NCBI GenBank assembly: GCA_011388275.1
Contig: DSAB01000122.1
Location: 15,491 to 79,490, forward strand
Origin: a bacterium
Lineage (GTDB): Bacteria; Zhuqueibacterota; QNDG01; DSAB01
Direction: 5' to 3'
DNA length: 64,000 bases
A program made the position numbers and the translations under genes. Below are positions 46,839-57,027 of this stretch, piece by piece (within the stretch, counting starts at the first letter, position 1; each line of letters begins with the position of its first letter). The notes under the pieces are model-generated. The model saw nothing but the letters and a program-made list of their open reading frames with translations. It was not told where the DNA came from and did no database searches.

Positions 46839-47354
46839 GTGCATACTTATCTTGGATTGGGTTCAAATAAAGAGGATCGATTCTTCAATCTGTATCAGGG
46901 AATCCTGGCTCTGGACGGGATTCCCCGGCTGAAAAGGATAAAAACCTCATCGGTTTATGAATCGGAACCGTGGGGAAAGTCCGGCCAGGCCTGGTTTCTC
47001 AATCAGGTCACAATGATCGAGAGTTCCCTGTTTCCCGATGAGCTTCTGTCTACTGTTCAGGCCATAGAAGATGCTTTGGGCAGAGACCGCAGGGAAAAGT
47101 GGGGCCCCCGATCTCTGGACATTGATATACTGGCTATGGGATCGCTGCGAATACAGCGTTCCAATCTGCAAATTCCCCATCCATTGCTGGCGGAACGGCG
47201 TTTCGTACTGGTTCCTCTTCATGAAATAGCCCCTGATTTACTGATTCCGGGAAAGAATCAGACGGTTACCCATCTGCTGCGTGATTGCATGGATACCGGA
47301 CGCGTGAATAGAATCGGAGAGATGCGGGTACAAGAGGGAAGGAGTCTGCGTTGA
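46839..47354 (+). CDS. folK: 2-amino-4-hydroxy-6-hydroxymethyldihydropteridine pyrophosphokinase (HPPK)
   Basis: xxYLGLGSN N-terminus; ESEPWG, LDIDIL and ERRFVLVPL motifs. Start uncertain: GTG at 46839 fits the HPPK N-terminus, while the ORF extends to 46743. Confidence 0.8.
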   Translation: MHTYLGLGSNKEDRFFNLYQGILALDGIPRLKRIKTSSVYESEPWGKSGQAWFLNQVTMIESSLFPDELLSTVQAIEDALGRDRREKWGPRSLDIDILAMGSLRIQRSNLQIPHPLLAERRFVLVPLHEIAPDLLIPGKNQTVTHLLRDCMDTGRVNRIGEMRVQEGRSLR

Positions 47355-47989
47355 AGGGACTATATTATATCGCGATTGAAGGTGTCATCGGTGCCGGAAA
47401 AACCAGCCTGGCCCGCCTCATGGCGGATAAACTGGATGCCAGGCTGATTCTTGAAGAATCGGAGAGCAATCCCTACCTGGAAGATTTCTATCGCGACCCC
47501 AGACGTTACGCCTTTCAAATCCAGCTATTTTTCCTTCTGAGCCGGTATCGCCAGCTTCTCGATCTTCCCCAAACGGATCTCTTCCATTCAACCCTGATTG
47601 CAGATTATATTTTCCTCAAGGATAAAATTTTCGCATATCTGAATCTGGAAAAACGTGACCTGATTCTGTATGAGAAGGTTTCCACGCTTCTTGAGAAGGA
47701 ACTACCCAAACCGGATCTGGTCATCTATCTGCAGTCGGGAACCGATCGGCTGATCAGCAATATTCGAAACAGAAACAAACCGTATGAGCGTCATATCTCT
47801 TCCGAATACATCAAACAGTTGAATGAGGGATACAACGATTTCTTTTTCCGCTATACGGAGACGCCTCTTCTGGTGATCAATACGTCGGAAATCGATTTCG
47901 TGCGCAATGAAGAAGATCTCAATGATTTAATACAACAGGTACTTCATCCTCCGGCGGGGATGAAGTACTATGTCCCAAGGAAAGGATAA
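47351..47989 (+). CDS. Deoxynucleoside kinase (dNK/dGK family)
   Basis: Walker A IEGVIGAGKTS, ERS-like and Arg-rich lid motifs. 212 aa. Confidence 0.8.
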   Translation: MKGLYYIAIEGVIGAGKTSLARLMADKLDARLILEESESNPYLEDFYRDPRRYAFQIQLFFLLSRYRQLLDLPQTDLFHSTLIADYIFLKDKIFAYLNLEKRDLILYEKVSTLLEKELPKPDLVIYLQSGTDRLISNIRNRNKPYERHISSEYIKQLNEGYNDFFFRYTETPLLVINTSEIDFVRNEEDLNDLIQQVLHPPAGMKYYVPRKG

Positions 47990-48185
47990 TAAACCGATTA
48001 TGGTTCGGATCATAGTGATCGGCCTGTTAATCTACGCGGGTCATAAAATCTGGAAATGGATGAGCCTGTCAAAATCTCCCAAAACAGAGGTGCACGGCAG
48101 ACCGAGAAAGACAACACTGGATATCGATTCATCGAATGTCGAAGATGCCAAATTTGAAGACATCGATGATTCATCGGGATCATAA
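47970..48185 (+). CDS. Small hypothetical membrane protein (71 aa)
   Basis: One predicted TM helix (IVIGLLIYAGHKIW). Overlaps the end of the dNK gene. Weak support only. Confidence 0.3.
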   Translation: MSQGKDNKPIMVRIIVIGLLIYAGHKIWKWMSLSKSPKTEVHGRPRKTTLDIDSSNVEDAKFEDIDDSSGS

Positions 48186-48219
48186 AGTCTGAAATCGAAT
48201 TGACAGAAAAGGAGAAAGC

Positions 48220-48606
48220 ATGTCCAAAGAATGTATCAGTACGGATCGTGCGCCTTCTGCCATCGGTCCATACAGCCAGGCTGTGCGAATCCGGGCCGGG
48301 GATCTGATATTTACCGCGGGGCAGCTTCCCATGGATCCAAAGAGCGGTTCGCTGATCGATGGTGATATTGAAGCGCAGACTGTCCGGGTTCTGGAAAATA
48401 TCAAGGCCGTTCTGGAAGCCGCGGGCTCCGGTCTGGATCAGGTTGTAAAGACCACGGTTTTTCTGAAGAGCATGGATGATTTTCCGCGTATGAATACAGT
48501 CTATGGCACGTTCTTCAAGGAAAATCCACCGGCCCGGTCGGCCGTTGAAGTCTCCAGGCTGCCCAGGGATGCCCGAATCGAGATCGAATGTATCGCCACG
48601 ACTTGA
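48220..48606 (+). CDS. ridA: RidA/YjgF-family reactive intermediate deaminase
   Basis: 128 aa; GPYSQA…; C-terminal PARSAVEV…LP…IEIE signature. Confidence 0.9.
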   Translation: MSKECISTDRAPSAIGPYSQAVRIRAGDLIFTAGQLPMDPKSGSLIDGDIEAQTVRVLENIKAVLEAAGSGLDQVVKTTVFLKSMDDFPRMNTVYGTFFKENPPARSAVEVSRLPRDARIEIECIATT

Positions 48607-48636
48607 TTTGCATGAACACGCACACAGGATGGGGGA

Positions 48637-49164
48637 TTGGCAGTGGGTTTCAGGGAGAAAAAGCCGGTTATTGCCGGGGTGCACGGACCCAGAGGGGAAT
48701 TTGGAATCATTCCCCTTTTATTCTTGATTTGCCTGAATGGATTCTGCCGGACGGGCGCAGAGGCGGACACAGCCGGCATACACGCTGAGCCGGTCAAATC
48801 GCCTCGGGCAGCCATGCTGCGTTCCGCTTTCATACCGGGCTGGGGGCAGTGGTATAATGAAAAACGTCTCAAGGCGGTTCTGGTTCTGGGCGCGGAACTG
48901 GCCCTGATCGGGAACGCCGTTTATTTCAATCAGTTGGCGGTCCGCAGCGAAACCGAGTATGATCGCCAGTTTTATCGCGAGAACAGGCGGCTTTATCTAT
49001 GGTGGTTTGCCGCCGCTCATATTCTGAATGTGCTTGATGCGCTTGTTGATGCGCATCTTTGGGGCTTTGATACCGGACCGGATCTTTCAGGCCGTATGGC
49101 TCCGGTTTCAACACCGGTATGGGTCGGTATTCTGCTGCCTCTCGATCGATTCGTGGTTTTCTGA
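48637..49164 (+). CDS. Hypothetical secreted/membrane protein with an IPGWGQWYN motif
   Basis: N-terminal signal-peptide-like hydrophobic stretch and conserved Gly/Trp motif. Family not recognised. TTG start uncertain. Confidence 0.4.
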   Translation: MAVGFREKKPVIAGVHGPRGEFGIIPLLFLICLNGFCRTGAEADTAGIHAEPVKSPRAAMLRSAFIPGWGQWYNEKRLKAVLVLGAELALIGNAVYFNQLAVRSETEYDRQFYRENRRLYLWWFAAAHILNVLDALVDAHLWGFDTGPDLSGRMAPVSTPVWVGILLPLDRFVVF

Positions 49165-49210
49165 ACATCAATCTTGTCTGAATACCGACCAGGAAACAGA
49201 GGAGTTAACA

Positions 49211-49756
49211 ATGACCCGTGAGCAGGCCGTCCGATTGATCGATGAAAATGTAACAAACAGGAATCTAAAGAAACATATGCTGGCTGTTGAGTCGGTGATG
49301 CGCCATCTGGCCAGACACTTGAAAGAGGATGAAGACAAGTGGGCTTTGGCCGGACTGCTTCATGATCTCGATTACGATTCAACAGAGAACGATTTCTCGA
49401 AACACGGATTGAGAACTGTTGAAATGCTGGCGGATACGGATGTGCCCGAAGACGTGGTTTATGCCATTAAAAGTCATCCGGGTCATTTTCCGAGAAAGAG
49501 TTTAATGGACAAGGCTTTATACGCGGCGGATCCCGTGACCGGCCTTATCGTGGCCGCGGCATTGATGCATCCTGATCGCAAACTGGCCGGAGTTGATGTG
49601 GATTTTTTAGAAAGACGTTTCGGCGAGAAGCGTTTCGCGGCGGGGGCCGATCGCGATCAGATCAGATCCTGTGAAGAACTGGGAATATCGCTGCGAGACT
49701 TTCTTCAAATAGCATTGAACGCCATGCAGGAAATACATGATGACCTGGGCCTGTGA
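49211..49756 (+). CDS. HD/HDIG-domain phosphohydrolase
   Basis: H…HD…H…H…D metal-binding pattern (KHMLAV…LLHDLDY…HGL…HPGH). AGGAG RBS; ATG at 49211. Confidence 0.75.
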   Translation: MTREQAVRLIDENVTNRNLKKHMLAVESVMRHLARHLKEDEDKWALAGLLHDLDYDSTENDFSKHGLRTVEMLADTDVPEDVVYAIKSHPGHFPRKSLMDKALYAADPVTGLIVAAALMHPDRKLAGVDVDFLERRFGEKRFAAGADRDQIRSCEELGISLRDFLQIALNAMQEIHDDLGL

Positions 49757-50107
49757 ATGAGATGCGCTGCCATCCATTTGATTTTGGTCTTCATGACTGT
49801 CAGTCTGATAATGGCTCCGGACTGTACGGCACAGGACTCAAGAGAAAAAGACAGATGGCTTTCCCGTGACAAGGGCCAGCATTTTGTCGTCAGTCTCTTG
49901 TTGACAGGTGCCACCGGAACTCTACTGGTACGGCGCTGCGGGTATCATCGTGATCAGGGTTTTGCGGGAGGCGCTGTTTTGACTCTGGGGGCGGGTTTGA
50001 TAAAAGAATGGCGCGACAGCCGGCGCCTCGAAGGCCGATTCAGCTGGAAAGATCTGGCCGCGGATCTTCTCGGCATTATTTTGGGAGGATGGCTTCTAAT
50101 ATGGTAA
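49757..50107 (+). CDS. Hypothetical small membrane protein/lipoprotein-like
   Basis: 116 aa. N-terminal signal-like segment followed by two hydrophobic helices. No family recognised. Confidence 0.35.
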   Translation: MRCAAIHLILVFMTVSLIMAPDCTAQDSREKDRWLSRDKGQHFVVSLLLTGATGTLLVRRCGYHRDQGFAGGAVLTLGAGLIKEWRDSRRLEGRFSWKDLAADLLGIILGGWLLIW

Positions 50108-51174
50108 CCGGAGAAAGCGCATTCCCCCTGCATGAAGCCGTGGGAGCGGTTCATCTGCATTCGAATTTTTCTGACGGCTCTCTGCCGATAGAAGAGATCG
50201 CGGCTATTGCTTCCAGGAAAAAGATCAATTTTCTGCTTTTTTCCGATCACAACACGCTGGAGCCCAGGCGGCTGGGGCTGGAGGGGTGGAAGGAAGACGT
50301 TCTGGTCCTTATCGGATGCGAAATCAACGATGCTGATGATCGCAATCATTATCTGGCTTTCTTAATTGATCGTGAGATCGATCCGAAAATGTCGGCGGAA
50401 GAGTATGTCGCGCATATATGGTCCATGGGCGGTTTTGGTATCATCGCGCATCCGGCTGAAAAAAGGAACTTTTCCGATGCCTATCCACCGTACCCATGGA
50501 CGGCATGGAATGCCAAAGGGTTTGACGGCATTGAAATATGGAATCAGCTTTCCGAATGGATGGAGGGCCTGACCCGGCTGAATATGCTGTGGAGAATATG
50601 GCATCCGCTTCGATCGATCCGCTTTCCCGTATGGGAAACGCTTCAGCGTTGGGATCAGCTGAACAGGGAGCGGCGGATAACCGGAATCGGCGGAATCGAT
50701 GTGCATGCTTTTCCATTTCGTATTGGTTTCATTTCAATAGAGATCTATCCCTATAAGGTGCAGTTTCGTTCCATTCGCACACATGTTCTGACCTCTCGTC
50801 CGCTCATCAATGAGCGAGGGGAGAAATTGCCTTGGAGAGAGGCTGAATCGGTTGTTTTCGAGGCTTTAAAGCAGGGGCGCTGTTTCGTGGTTAATTATTC
50901 GGTGGGTGACGGGCGGGGTTTCCGGTTCTGGGGAGAACAGAACAACCGGGTTTATCAGATGGGCGATCGGTGGTGTTCAAAGGGAACGATTACTTTTCGG
51001 GCGGTGACGCCTCTGACAGGGAAAATTCACCTGCTTCGGGACGGCAAAAGAGTGTGCCGGGCAAAAGGCAAGGAGCTTGTCTGTTCGGGCGATCAGCCGG
51101 GGGTATACCGGGTCGAAGTATTTCGTAAAAACCGGGGATGGATCTATTCCAACCCTATGGTTTGGATGCAGTGA
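50101..51174 (+). CDS. PHP-domain (polymerase/histidinol-phosphatase-like) metal-dependent phosphoesterase
   Basis: HLHSNFSDG N-terminal motif, SDHN, and AHP His clusters. Confidence 0.65.
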   Translation: MVTGESAFPLHEAVGAVHLHSNFSDGSLPIEEIAAIASRKKINFLLFSDHNTLEPRRLGLEGWKEDVLVLIGCEINDADDRNHYLAFLIDREIDPKMSAEEYVAHIWSMGGFGIIAHPAEKRNFSDAYPPYPWTAWNAKGFDGIEIWNQLSEWMEGLTRLNMLWRIWHPLRSIRFPVWETLQRWDQLNRERRITGIGGIDVHAFPFRIGFISIEIYPYKVQFRSIRTHVLTSRPLINERGEKLPWREAESVVFEALKQGRCFVVNYSVGDGRGFRFWGEQNNRVYQMGDRWCSKGTITFRAVTPLTGKIHLLRDGKRVCRAKGKELVCSGDQPGVYRVEVFRKNRGWIYSNPMVWMQ

Positions 51175-51181
51175 GGTTGTC

Positions 51182-52588
51182 ATGACAGGCAGTGATGATA
51201 AACCACGTGAATTTTGCGGCATTACCGGTATTTACGGTCATGAACAAGCTGCGGAACTGGCCTATCTGGGATTATACGCTTTACAGCACCGCGGCCAGGA
51301 GGGAGCGGGAATTGTCTCTTCGGATGGCAGGAAAGTCTGTCAACACCGCGGTCGGGGTCTGGTGAACGATGTGTTTTCTTCCCCTGAGATCCTGAGGCGT
51401 CTCGACGGTCACATCGCCATTGGACATAACCGGTATTCCACATCCGGTTCTGACAAGAACATCAATGTTCAGCCGGTACTCGTCAATTACAAGGACGGCC
51501 CGCTGGCATTGGGTCATAACGGCAATCTGGTCAATGCCCTGTCCATTCGACGCAAACTGGAAAGCGAGGGTGCTCTGTTTCAGACGACCACGGACAGTGA
51601 AGTCATCATCCATTTGATCGCCCGCTCAAAAAAAACATCACTGGTTGAGTGCGTTTTGGATGCGCTGCGTCAGGTCAAGGGCGCCTACTCTCTGGTGATC
51701 ATGACTCGAGATCAATTGATCGTGGCCAGAGATCCACATGGTTTCAGACCTCTGGCGCTTGGGTCGATGGGCGGAACAGTTGTCGCAGCTTCCGAAACCT
51801 GCGCGATGGATTTGCTGGGAGCTGCCTATGAAAGGGATGTCGAACCCGGTGAATTGATTTTAATCAATGAAAAAGGAGTCGAGTCCTTTCGGATTTCGAA
51901 AAGGACAACCCATGCCCATTGCATTTTCGAATTCGTCTATTTTTCCCGACCCGATTCCAGAATTTTCGAACAGAACGTGGACAAGACACGCAGGAAGCTG
52001 GGCAAGCGTCTGGCGGAAGAACACCCGGCGAAAGGAGATATCGTCATCTCGGTTCCCGACTCGAGCAATACTGCGGCTTTGGGATATGCCATGGCCGCGG
52101 GCATTCCTTTTGAACTGGGGCTGATCAGAAATCACTATATCGGCCGAACATTCATTCAACCTCAGCAGGATATTCGGCATTTCAATGTTAAAGTCAAATT
52201 CAATCCGGTCGTCGGAGTATTGAAAAACAAACGGATAATTGTTGTTGAAGATTCCATAGTCAGGGGAACGACTCTTCGTGTTCTGACGCAGCTCTTGAAA
52301 AAAGCCGGAGCCCGAGAAGTTCATGTGAGGGTGAGCTCACCTCCTATTGTCAGCCCCTGTTTTTACGGCATGGATTTTCCGACCCGTGACGAACTTATTG
52401 CCGCGAAAAATGATATCGATACCATCCGGGAATATCTGTCTGCGGACACACTGGGCTATTTGTCTCTCGAGGGGTTGAAAGCTTCGGTGCCTTCCCAGGG
52501 ATGCGGATATTGTGCAGCCTGTTTCGGCGGTGCCTATCCGGTACAGGTTGAGGATAATTTTGATAAACGGGCCTGTGAATCGTGTTGA
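51182..52588 (+). CDS. purF: Amidophosphoribosyltransferase (glutamine PRPP amidotransferase)
   Basis: N-terminal Cys nucleophile after Met processing (CGITGIYG), Ntn-hydrolase domain, PRTase motif (VVEDSIVRGTT), and C-terminal Cys pattern for the 4Fe-4S cluster. Confidence 0.9.
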   Translation: MTGSDDKPREFCGITGIYGHEQAAELAYLGLYALQHRGQEGAGIVSSDGRKVCQHRGRGLVNDVFSSPEILRRLDGHIAIGHNRYSTSGSDKNINVQPVLVNYKDGPLALGHNGNLVNALSIRRKLESEGALFQTTTDSEVIIHLIARSKKTSLVECVLDALRQVKGAYSLVIMTRDQLIVARDPHGFRPLALGSMGGTVVAASETCAMDLLGAAYERDVEPGELILINEKGVESFRISKRTTHAHCIFEFVYFSRPDSRIFEQNVDKTRRKLGKRLAEEHPAKGDIVISVPDSSNTAALGYAMAAGIPFELGLIRNHYIGRTFIQPQQDIRHFNVKVKFNPVVGVLKNKRIIVVEDSIVRGTTLRVLTQLLKKAGAREVHVRVSSPPIVSPCFYGMDFPTRDELIAAKNDIDTIREYLSADTLGYLSLEGLKASVPSQGCGYCAACFGGAYPVQVEDNFDKRACESC

Positions 52589-52605
52589 AGGAGCGAATCA
52601 AAAAG

Positions 52606-53514
52606 ATGCGGGGGGGCGGTCTTTGGGATATGCTTTTCCTCATGAGACCCATTGTATTGATTCCTGTGTGGACCTTTTTTCTGGCAGGTTATTGGAGGGT
52701 GGAACCGGACCGTTGGTTCAGACTGGAGATCTGGCCGTTTCGAGTCTGGCTGACCGGGGGCGGCGTAACCCTGGTCATGGCCATGGCTTATATTCTTAAT
52801 CAGATAGCAGACCGTGAGACGGACCGGCTGAATAACAAGTTGTTTCTCCTTTCCGAAGGATATGTCGAACTGAAGAGTGCCTGGATTCTGGCAGCGGCAT
52901 CCGGGTTTCTGGGTTTGATTCTTGGATTTCTATCCGGGATACGCGAGGGGATTCTTCTGTTTGCCCTGGCGGTTCTGGCCGGTTATTTATATAACTTTCC
53001 GCCTGCGGAATGGAAAAACCGTGTGTTCCCCGGTTTCCTGACCAATGCCGCCGGAGGGGCCGTTATTTATCTGGCCGGTGTATGGGCCGGTCAGGGAAAG
53101 GGCACACTGCTTCATTCAACGGCCTATCTGCTTGCCGGCGGTGGTGTGTACCTTTTAACCACGGTTCCAGACCGTGAAGGCGACCGCCGAGCCGGCAAGA
53201 TGACATTTTCAGTGAAGTTCGGATTGAAAATCACCGTATGGACGGCCTGTGTCATGGTGGTTTCAGCTGTAGGCATGGCCTGGTTTGTGTCTGATTTTAT
53301 TTTGGCGGTACCCGGCCTGTTGATTCTGCCCTTTTTCCTTTATTCGTTCCTGCGGCCTGATGAAGAATCGGTCATTCGAAGTGTCAAGGCTTCTGTATTC
53401 GGACTCTTTGCGGGTGCGGCTGCCGCCTTTCCGGTATACGGAGCGGCGGTCATTATGCTGATTGTAATTACACGATGGTATTATCGACGAAGGTTCGGTT
53501 TAACGTATCCCTGA
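52606..53514 (+). CDS. UbiA-superfamily aromatic/polyprenyl prenyltransferase (specific substrate unknown)
   Basis: Polytopic. Asp-rich NQIADRETDRLN motif (NxxxDxxxD) and second Asp-rich region (DREGDRRAG). GTG at 52582 is an alternative start. Confidence 0.65.
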   Translation: MRGGGLWDMLFLMRPIVLIPVWTFFLAGYWRVEPDRWFRLEIWPFRVWLTGGGVTLVMAMAYILNQIADRETDRLNNKLFLLSEGYVELKSAWILAAASGFLGLILGFLSGIREGILLFALAVLAGYLYNFPPAEWKNRVFPGFLTNAAGGAVIYLAGVWAGQGKGTLLHSTAYLLAGGGVYLLTTVPDREGDRRAGKMTFSVKFGLKITVWTACVMVVSAVGMAWFVSDFILAVPGLLILPFFLYSFLRPDEESVIRSVKASVFGLFAGAAAAFPVYGAAVIMLIVITRWYYRRRFGLTYP

Positions 53515-53540
53515 AAAAACTTCATTTACTTTCGAGAGTG

Positions 53541-54101
53541 ATGAATATGACGAGTAAAAATTGGACCATCCCCAATATGCTGAGCATCGTTCGATTGTTC
53601 TTTCTTGTTCCGATCCTGCTTCATCTCGCTGCCGGTCATAGGACGGCCGCTGTTCTCTGGATGCTGGGCGGTGCATTAACCGATTCTCTGGATGGATTGA
53701 TCGCCAGGAGGTTCAATCAATGTTCTGACCTGGGCAGGATTCTCGATCCTCTGATGGATAAAATAACCGTGGTCACTGTAGTGATCTATATGATAATCAG
53801 CCCCGGCTATTTCTTTCCTCTCTGGTACGCTGTCTTTATGATTTTGCGGGAATTGATGCTGCTCCTGGGGGGATTATGGGTAATGCACAGGCGGAGCAGG
53901 GTGCCGGAGTCCAACAGGGCCGGTAAGAACTCAGCCTTCGCCAATGGGCTGACGGTTATTCTGTTCGTCCTGAATTGGCAGCCTTACGCATGGATCGCGC
54001 TGATTGGAGCGCTGATATTAACTTTCATTTCAACTGCAGGGTACATTCGAAACTGTCTGTCAACACTGTCTGCCGAAACAGAGAAAAAAGCAGGTATCTG
54101 A
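53541..54101 (+). CDS. CDP-alcohol phosphatidyltransferase family protein
   Basis: D-x2-D-G-x2-A-R-x8-G-x3-D-x3-D signature (TDSLDGLIARRFNQCSDLGRILDPLMDK). Confidence 0.75.
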   Translation: MNMTSKNWTIPNMLSIVRLFFLVPILLHLAAGHRTAAVLWMLGGALTDSLDGLIARRFNQCSDLGRILDPLMDKITVVTVVIYMIISPGYFFPLWYAVFMILRELMLLLGGLWVMHRRSRVPESNRAGKNSAFANGLTVILFVLNWQPYAWIALIGALILTFISTAGYIRNCLSTLSAETEKKAGI

Positions 54102-54103
54102 AG

Positions 54104-55027
54104 ATGAGAAACAAAGCCTGGCATACGGGTCTTTCAAGATCCAGAAAAGGTTTTCTAAGCCGGTTGAGCGATATATTCAAGGGGAAGCCTTCCATCGATG
54201 AAGAGACTTTTGATGAACTGGAGGCACTTCTGATCGAAAGCGATCTGGGAGTCGAAATCACGACCCGGCTGCTTGAAGAACTGAGAAGCCATCAAAATAC
54301 AGAAGATTTCCTGAATGTGTTCGAATATTTAAGAAAACGTCTTCTGGAGATGCTTTCCGGAATGAAAGAAAACGCGCCGATTCACGGCGGGCGGCCTCAT
54401 GTGATTTTGGTCGTGGGCGTGAATGGATCGGGAAAAACCACGACTGTCGGAAAACTGGCTCATCGCTACCGCAGCCAGGGTAAAAAGGTTCTTCTGGCGG
54501 GCTCGGATACATTCCGGGCCGCGGCCGGTGAACAGCTGGAAGAATGGGCACAGAGATCCGCTACCGACGTGATCAGACAATGCATGGGCGCGGACTCGGC
54601 GGCTGTCGCCTTTGATGCACTGAATGCCGCCCATTCCAGAGGCGTGGATGTCTTAATCATAGACACGGCGGGCAGACTCCACAATCGGGCCAACCTGATG
54701 GAAGAGCTTAAGAAAATACCGAGGGTTCTAAAGAAGAAAATGGATACCGCGCCGCATGAAGTACTGCTGGTGCTGGACGCTACCACCGGTCAGAACGGCT
54801 TGAATCAGGCCCGTATTTTCACAGAGGCCGTTGGAGTGACCGGTCTTGTATTGACCAAGATGGATGGAACCGCGCGAGGCGGTATCGTGGTCAGCATTCA
54901 GCAGACGCTGGGAATTCCGGTCTGCTGGGTGGGAATCGGTGAAGGCCGGGACGACCTGCTTCCTTTTGATGCCGGGGCGTTTATCGACGGCTGGTTTGGA
55001 CGGGATGATGAGATCGCCGCCGGTTGA
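54104..55027 (+). CDS. ftsY: Signal recognition particle receptor FtsY (short form, NG domain)
   Basis: GTPase motifs GVNGSGKTT, DTAGR, TKMD(GT)ARGG. Confidence 0.9.
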   Translation: MRNKAWHTGLSRSRKGFLSRLSDIFKGKPSIDEETFDELEALLIESDLGVEITTRLLEELRSHQNTEDFLNVFEYLRKRLLEMLSGMKENAPIHGGRPHVILVVGVNGSGKTTTVGKLAHRYRSQGKKVLLAGSDTFRAAAGEQLEEWAQRSATDVIRQCMGADSAAVAFDALNAAHSRGVDVLIIDTAGRLHNRANLMEELKKIPRVLKKKMDTAPHEVLLVLDATTGQNGLNQARIFTEAVGVTGLVLTKMDGTARGGIVVSIQQTLGIPVCWVGIGEGRDDLLPFDAGAFIDGWFGRDDEIAAG

Positions 55028-55065
55028 TTGAATCCCGCATTGAACAGAGAACGCAATCGATTAAG

Positions 55066-56400
55066 ATGAAATCAAACGGAACGGATTTATCGCTTCGGGC
55101 CTCGATTATCACGCTGGGATGCCCCAAGAATGAAGTCGATTCGGAAGTGCTGTCCGGAGAACTGACGGCTCATGGCGTGGAAATCGTGGATGATGAGGAA
55201 TACGCCGATATTCTTTATGTGAACACCTGCGGTTTTATCGAAGCGGCCAAACGGGAATCGATTGGAGCAATTCTTCAGGCCGTTAAATGGAAACAACGCC
55301 GGACCGGAAGACGGGTTGTCGTCTGGGGATGCTTGTCACAGCGGTACCGTGAATTGAAGGAGTTGATTCCCGAGATCGATGGCTGTTTCGGGGTCGAACC
55401 CTTTGAGATAATGATACGGAATACGGCATTTTCCGGTTACCGATGGACGGAAGCGGCGTGGAACCGGCGTTATCCGTGCTCCCCGGGTCATACCGCCTAT
55501 GTCAAAATTGCCGATGGATGCAGCCATTCATGTGCTTTTTGTGCCATACCCATGATAAAAGGCCCTTATCGCAGCCGGCCGATGGAGTCTGTCGTGACCG
55601 AGGTTCGGCATCTGGCGGCGCGGGGTGTCAAAGAGATTATCCTTATCGCCCAGGATACAGGAGCCTATGGTATGGACCGGAAAGAGAAACAGGGACTTTA
55701 CCGGCTGCTGAGAGGGCTTGTCCGTGTACCCGGTCTATGCTGGATACGCATGATGTATCTGCATCCAGCTCATCTTTCAGAAAATATCATCAGTATGATG
55801 GAAGGAGAACCGAAAATCTGCCGGTATGTCGACATGCCGCTGCAGCACATCGACGAAACCCTGCTCAGGGCCATGAGAAGACCGGTGTCCCGCGATAAAA
55901 TCGTTCAACTGATCGAGCGCCTGAGAACCATTCCGCAAATGGTGTTGAGGACGGCGTTTATCGTCGGTTTCCCCGGTGAAACAGAATTCCGTTTCAGGAC
56001 ATTAATGGATTTTATTCGAGAAAACCGTTTCGACCGCTTGGGAGCATTTGTCTTTTCCGCGGAAGAGGGGACGGAGGCTTTTGCCATGAGCGGGAAAGTC
56101 CGTCCGGTTACTGCGGCCGCCCGGTACAGGCAGCTGATGGCTCTTCAGCAGAAGATCTCCAGAGAGCTGAATGAAGCCAGGATAGGGGAAACGGTGGATG
56201 TCCTCATCGATGAATACGATGCGTTCAGCCGGAGAAGCGCGGGCCGGACTTCCGGAGACGCTCCGGAGATCGACCAGACGGTTTGGGTCAATGGGTTCCA
56301 TGAGCCGGGCCGGATCATTCCAGTGACACTCACTGCAGGTTTTGAGTATGATTTGGAAGGTTCTCCGGCGGTAAAGTTAAAAATGGATATCGGGAGGTAA
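55066..56400 (+). CDS. rimO: Ribosomal protein S12 methylthiotransferase RimO
   Basis: MTTase N-domain (ITLGCPKNEVDSE), radical SAM CxxxCxxC (CSHSCAFCAIP), C-terminal TRAM domain. Confidence 0.85.
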   Translation: MKSNGTDLSLRASIITLGCPKNEVDSEVLSGELTAHGVEIVDDEEYADILYVNTCGFIEAAKRESIGAILQAVKWKQRRTGRRVVVWGCLSQRYRELKELIPEIDGCFGVEPFEIMIRNTAFSGYRWTEAAWNRRYPCSPGHTAYVKIADGCSHSCAFCAIPMIKGPYRSRPMESVVTEVRHLAARGVKEIILIAQDTGAYGMDRKEKQGLYRLLRGLVRVPGLCWIRMMYLHPAHLSENIISMMEGEPKICRYVDMPLQHIDETLLRAMRRPVSRDKIVQLIERLRTIPQMVLRTAFIVGFPGETEFRFRTLMDFIRENRFDRLGAFVFSAEEGTEAFAMSGKVRPVTAAARYRQLMALQQKISRELNEARIGETVDVLIDEYDAFSRRSAGRTSGDAPEIDQTVWVNGFHEPGRIIPVTLTAGFEYDLEGSPAVKLKMDIGR

Positions 56401-56403
56401 GCT

Positions 56404-57027
56404 GTGAAGACCCTTGATTTGGGTGTATTCGCTTCCGGAAGGGGAAGCAATTTCGAGGCGATTCTGGACGCCATCGGCCAGGGACGCCTTCAGGCAAGGC
56501 CGCGTTTGCTGATCAGCAATAACCCCGAAGCAGGGGCCCTTATGATCGCAAGGCGCCATGCCGTTCCCACGGCAGTGGTCAGCCGGTCCGATTTTTCAGA
56601 ACGGGAAGCTTTTGTCCGTGAAATGCAAAGGCATTTGGATAACCACCAGGTTGAGATTATCGCTCTGGCCGGATATATGAAGAAAATACCCCCGGAGATC
56701 ATCGGGCGGTATCGGCAGCGAATCGTGAATATTCATCCGGCTCTGCTTCCTTCTTTCGGAGGACGGGGGATGTACGGTTTGCGCGTTCATGAAGCCGTTC
56801 TTGAAGCCGGATGTAAAGTAACCGGTGTCAGTATCCATCTGGTGGACGAGGAATACGACCGCGGTCCCATCATCGCCCAGCGCTGTGTGCCGGTGGAGCC
56901 GGCCGATACAGCCGAAAGTCTGGCGGAAAGGACTTTGAGAATGGAGCACACTCTGTATCCGGAAGTTTTGCAATGGTTTGCCGAAGGCCGCGTGAGAACA
57001 GAGGGGCGGACTGTTTATATCGAATGA
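56404..57027 (+). CDS. purN: Phosphoribosylglycinamide formyltransferase
   Basis: GVFASGRGSNFEAIL N-terminus, N(I/V)HPALLP and catalytic HxxxxE(A)xDxGPII motifs. GTG start. Confidence 0.9.
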   Translation: MKTLDLGVFASGRGSNFEAILDAIGQGRLQARPRLLISNNPEAGALMIARRHAVPTAVVSRSDFSEREAFVREMQRHLDNHQVEIIALAGYMKKIPPEIIGRYRQRIVNIHPALLPSFGGRGMYGLRVHEAVLEAGCKVTGVSIHLVDEEYDRGPIIAQRCVPVEPADTAESLAERTLRMEHTLYPEVLQWFAEGRVRTEGRTVYIE

